NCBI GenBank assembly: GCA_026770705.1
Contig: JANJGN010000034.1
Span: forward strand, 3,224,001-3,288,000
DNA: 64,000 bases
Direction: 5' to 3'
Source of the DNA: Isurus oxyrinchus
Taxonomy: Eukaryota
The stretch's first letter is position 1; each line of letters begins with the position of its first letter. The translations under genes and the position numbers were made by a program. Below the pieces are notes generated by a model that saw nothing but the letters and a program-made list of their open reading frames with translations, was not told the origin of the DNA and ran no database searches. Below, piece after piece: positions 63,421-64,000 of this stretch.

Positions 63421-64000
63421 TTCTGCAAATGAGATGGAAATGATTCTCTCAGAGTTCATTTGAATTTGGTAATCCCTTCCCAAGCCAGAAGTATTGGCTG
63501 GGTCATTGATTATATTCTAGGGTAATTTGACATATACTTGATTGACAAGTACTGAAGGGTTTTCCACGGTAGTGAGGAAACTGGATTTAATGCCACCATT
63601 ATATCATCCATGCTTCTATTGAACAGCAGAGCAGACTGGAGTTGCTGAAGAACCCAATACTGCTCCTGTTTCTTATGTACATGCGTTTGGCTGGTAGCAC
63701 ACTCGCCAAGCCATCCAACGCTGTGCAATGCACTCAACTCCATCGATGCACGAAATTGAATACCTAGCGTGTCCTTCTACCAGACAAACACAATTAAATT
63801 CGTTTCCTAGGCCTTCATCTGGTCCAATTTAAAGAGTCAAATTTTCAGGATTCCATTGAACGAGTTATGGTGGAGAATGTACTTGTGACGGTGCTGCGCT
63901 GCATTGGAGGATAATATTTTTTTTGCAGTACACATCACATATTTGCATAATGTTTATAAAGTGCTTTGTCATTGCAGTAAATAACACGGGAATAAAACTA

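Noticed and set aside
1-64000. Prokaryotic-type systems (CRISPR arrays, operons) and rRNA/tRNA genes
   Set aside because: No regularly spaced direct repeats or long ORFs. The tRNA-like boxes all belong to decayed SINE heads.

Overview
This is AT-rich vertebrate genomic DNA, probably from a cartilaginous fish (inferred from the repeat families, which I recognise from memory). It is dense in decayed CR1, L2 and CR1/L2-clade LINEs, tRNA-derived SINEs, Penelope-like palindromes and one Harbinger remnant. None of the ORFs in the supplied track is an intact host gene. The main signal is missed by that track: a minus-strand gene runs through almost the whole window as a chain of 12-13 microexons of only 27 or 36 nt. 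All have AG/GT boundaries, are phase 1 at both ends and are stop-free in that phase. Spliced in order they encode a heptad-patterned coiled coil: xIAKLNENQKQA-EKTLTEKDT-ELINTKDALAET-ERQLKNKDR-ECEDKLHKN-KIEGLQEKIKEL-NMQLSNKEK-ELENLQLKC-(KAQLKDETHQQR)-KPDPKEISK-EQRLRNKEK-ELEDLQLKC-SLDELKAALEIA. The exons fall into paralogous classes repeated in modules. The gene's start and end were not found and probably lie outside the window, so its family cannot be named. Repeat boundaries are approximate, read by eye.
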